32,000 nt of DNA from Psychrobacter sp. DM4 (GTDB taxonomy: Bacteria; Pseudomonadota; Gammaproteobacteria; Pseudomonadales; Moraxellaceae), in assembly GCF_051307035.1 (NCBI RefSeq), contig NZ_CP195536.1:660001-692000 (forward strand). The letters are read 5' to 3'. Positions within the stretch are counted from its first letter, which is position 1. The number at the start of each line of letters is the position of its first letter. Position numbers and translations under genes: made by a program. Below are positions 30,294 to 32,000 of this stretch, piece by piece. Below the pieces are notes generated by a model that saw only the letters and a program-made list of their open reading frames with translations, did not search any database and was not told the DNA's origin.

Positions 30294-30680
30294 ATGATTG
30301 CCACTATTTTAGCCGCAGCGCCAGCAGGTGCGGCAATGGCTAGCACACCATTTGTAGCGATTTTTACCGTATTTGTACTTGCTATTTTTGTTGGCTATTA
30401 CGTCGTTTGGGGCGTTACCCCTGCGCTACATACGCCGCTTATGGCAGTGACTAACGCGCTGTCGAGTATCGTTATCGTTGGCGCTATGCTACAGACGGTT
30501 ACTATCGACGGTTCTGTATTTACCGCAACTAGTATATTGGGCGCTTTTGCTGTATTTTTGGCCAGCGTAAATATTTTTGGTGGTTTTGCAGTTACTGAGC
30601 GTATGCTCTCAATGTTCAAACCTAAACCCAAAAAAGTGGTCGTGACAACAGATACGACTGAGAGTGGGGGTAACGTATGA
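30294..30680 (+). CDS. pntAB: NAD(P) transhydrogenase subunit alpha part 2 (membrane dII-alpha)
   Basis: [30 protein letters not shown] is the conserved PntA C-terminal membrane motif. SD aggagg is upstream. Confidence 0.9.
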   Translation: MIATILAAAPAGAAMASTPFVAIFTVFVLAIFVGYYVVWGVTPALHTPLMAVTNALSSIVIVGAMLQTVTIDGSVFTATSILGAFAVFLASVNIFGGFAVTERMLSMFKPKPKKVVVTTDTTESGGNV

Positions 30681-32000
30681 GTAACTTCTCAGCTATGATC
30701 GCTGCCAATGCAGATTGGTTTTATCTTATCGGTGCTATCTTGTTTGTTTTGACTTTACGTGGTCTATCTAGCCCAAAGACAGCGATTCGTGGTAATCGTA
30801 TGGGTATGGCGGCGATGGCTATCGCTGTAGTGACTACTTTTTTCTTAGCTGAAGGTCCTATCCTTTGGATGATCGTTGGTGCCATGGTGTTAGGCGCAGT
30901 AGTGGGTCTATGGAAAGCCAGAACGGTTGCCATGACGCAAATGCCAGAAACCGTTGCTTTAATGCATTCATTCGTCGGCCTAGCAGCGGTGGCCATTGCT
31001 CTAGCTACGGTACTACACACGGAAGAAGCTTACAGTACAATTACGCGTCTAGAGCTATTCATCGGTTGCTTTATCGGGGCGATTACCTTTTCAGCGTCAT
31101 TCTTTGCCTTTGGTAAATTGGCGGCTAAGAGCTGGGCTAAGACTCTGGTTGGTGGCTGGGTAAAACCAGTCCAAGCAATATTATTCATCGCTATGGTAGG
31201 TTTTGGTGCGGTCTACTTTATGACCGACTCCTTACCTGCCTTTTATGCGATGACTGTCCTTGCTATCGTCTTTGGTTGGATGTGGATTGCACCTATTGGC
31301 GGCGGTGACATGCCAGTCGTTGTGTCGCTTTTGAACTCATTCTCTGGTTGGGCTGCTGCGGGTATTGGTTTTACCCTTGGCAACTCAATGCTTATCATCG
31401 CAGGCTCGCTCGTCGGGTCATCAGGTGCGATTTTATCTTACATTATGTGTAAAGCTATGAACCGCTCACTGCTTAATGTCTTGTTCGGCGGTATGGGAAC
31501 CACAGCAGTCGCAGCGGGCGATGATGATAGCGCGCCAAAAAAATACAAGTCAGGCTCAGCAGAAGACGCTGGGTTCTTGATGGCGAATGCTAGCGACGTG
31601 ATTATCGTACCGGGCTATGGCATGGCGCAAGGCCGTGCACAGAATGCGGTCAAAGAGCTATATGAGTTACTCAAAGAAGAAGGCGTTAACGTCCGTTTTG
31701 CGATTCATCCCGTCGCTGGTCGTATGCCAGGTCACATGAACGTCTTATTAGCAGAAGCTGACGTACCTTATGATGACATCATGGAGATGGACGAGATCAA
31801 CTCAGACTTTGCCAGTACTGATGTGGTACTCGTTATTGGTGCCAATGACGTGGTTAACCCGTCTGCCAAAGATGATCCAACGTCGCCTATCTTTGGTATG
31901 CCAATATTAGAGGTCACCAAAGCGCAAACCGTTATGGTCATCAAACGTTCGATGAATACTGGTTATGCAGGCTTAGATAATAGCTTGTTCTATATGGACA
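30677..32000 (+). CDS. pntB: NAD(P) transhydrogenase subunit beta (partial, 3' end beyond the window)
   Basis: My own translation from the ATG at 30677, which overlaps the pntAB stop as ATGA, gives [35 protein letters not shown]... It continues through [71 protein letters not shown] and GANDVVNP to [13 protein letters not shown] at the window edge. The frame stays open to base 32000. The gene is absent from the ORF track only because it has no stop in the window. Confidence 0.92.
   Translation, partial: MSNFSAMIAANADWFYLIGAILFVLTLRGLSSPKTAIRGNRMGMAAMAIAVVTTFFLAEGPILWMIVGAMVLGAVVGLWKARTVAMTQMPETVALMHSFVGLAAVAIALATVLHTEEAYSTITRLELFIGCFIGAITFSASFFAFGKLAAKSWAKTLVGGWVKPVQAILFIAMVGFGAVYFMTDSLPAFYAMTVLAIVFGWMWIAPIGGGDMPVVVSLLNSFSGWAAAGIGFTLGNSMLIIAGSLVGSSGAILSYIMCKAMNRSLLNVLFGGMGTTAVAAGDDDSAPKKYKSGSAEDAGFLMANASDVIIVPGYGMAQGRAQNAVKELYELLKEEGVNVRFAIHPVAGRMPGHMNVLLAEADVPYDDIMEMDEINSDFASTDVVLVIGANDVVNPSAKDDPTSPIFGMPILEVTKAQTVMVIKRSMNTGYAGLDNSLFYMD

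Overview
By eye this is ordinary, densely coded core chromosome from a moderately AT-rich gammaproteobacterium. Protein sequences and gene order look Moraxellaceae or Psychrobacter-like, but that is a guess from memory with no search run.

I support about 29 protein genes:
- kbp/ygaU-like LysM-BON protein, with queG and nnr divergent
- a DUF4124 secreted protein
- the ilvI-ilvH-ilvC operon
- a small orphan membrane protein, a cspA-family cold-shock gene and a DUF421 membrane protein
- etfB-etfA
- a TrmH-family methyltransferase and fbp
- pyrB, a non-catalytic pyrC' and a translationally coupled DUF2127 gene
- a minus-strand run of a CPA1 cation/proton antiporter, DUF2254 and a long YihY/BrkB protein
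- wrbA-DUF2069 and DUF3108
- groES-groEL behind a sigma-32 type promoter
- yaaA
- a split transhydrogenase, pntAA-pntAB-pntB. pntB runs off the right edge, so it is missing from the supplied ORF track.

Seven clean Rho-independent terminators, five of them bidirectional, delimit the transcription units.

I saw no rRNA, tRNA, CRISPR array, transposase, integrase, phage gene, toxin-antitoxin pair or recognisable defence gene. I also saw no compositional island. I did not find a convincing undescribed multi-gene system here.

The best leads are modest:
- an ~0.85 kb non-coding tract with short direct repeats upstream of ilvIHC, without a branched-chain leader peptide
- a DUF2127 membrane gene coupled to pyrB-pyrC'
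- a candidate operon of three poorly characterised membrane proteins, including YihY with a ~250 aa C-terminal extension
- an in-frame 15-bp tandem repeat inside nnr
- structured non-coding segments downstream of groEL and between yaaA and pntAA

Many long starts in the ORF track are TTG/GTG over-extensions. I trimmed them where homology or a Shine-Dalgarno motif supports an internal start.
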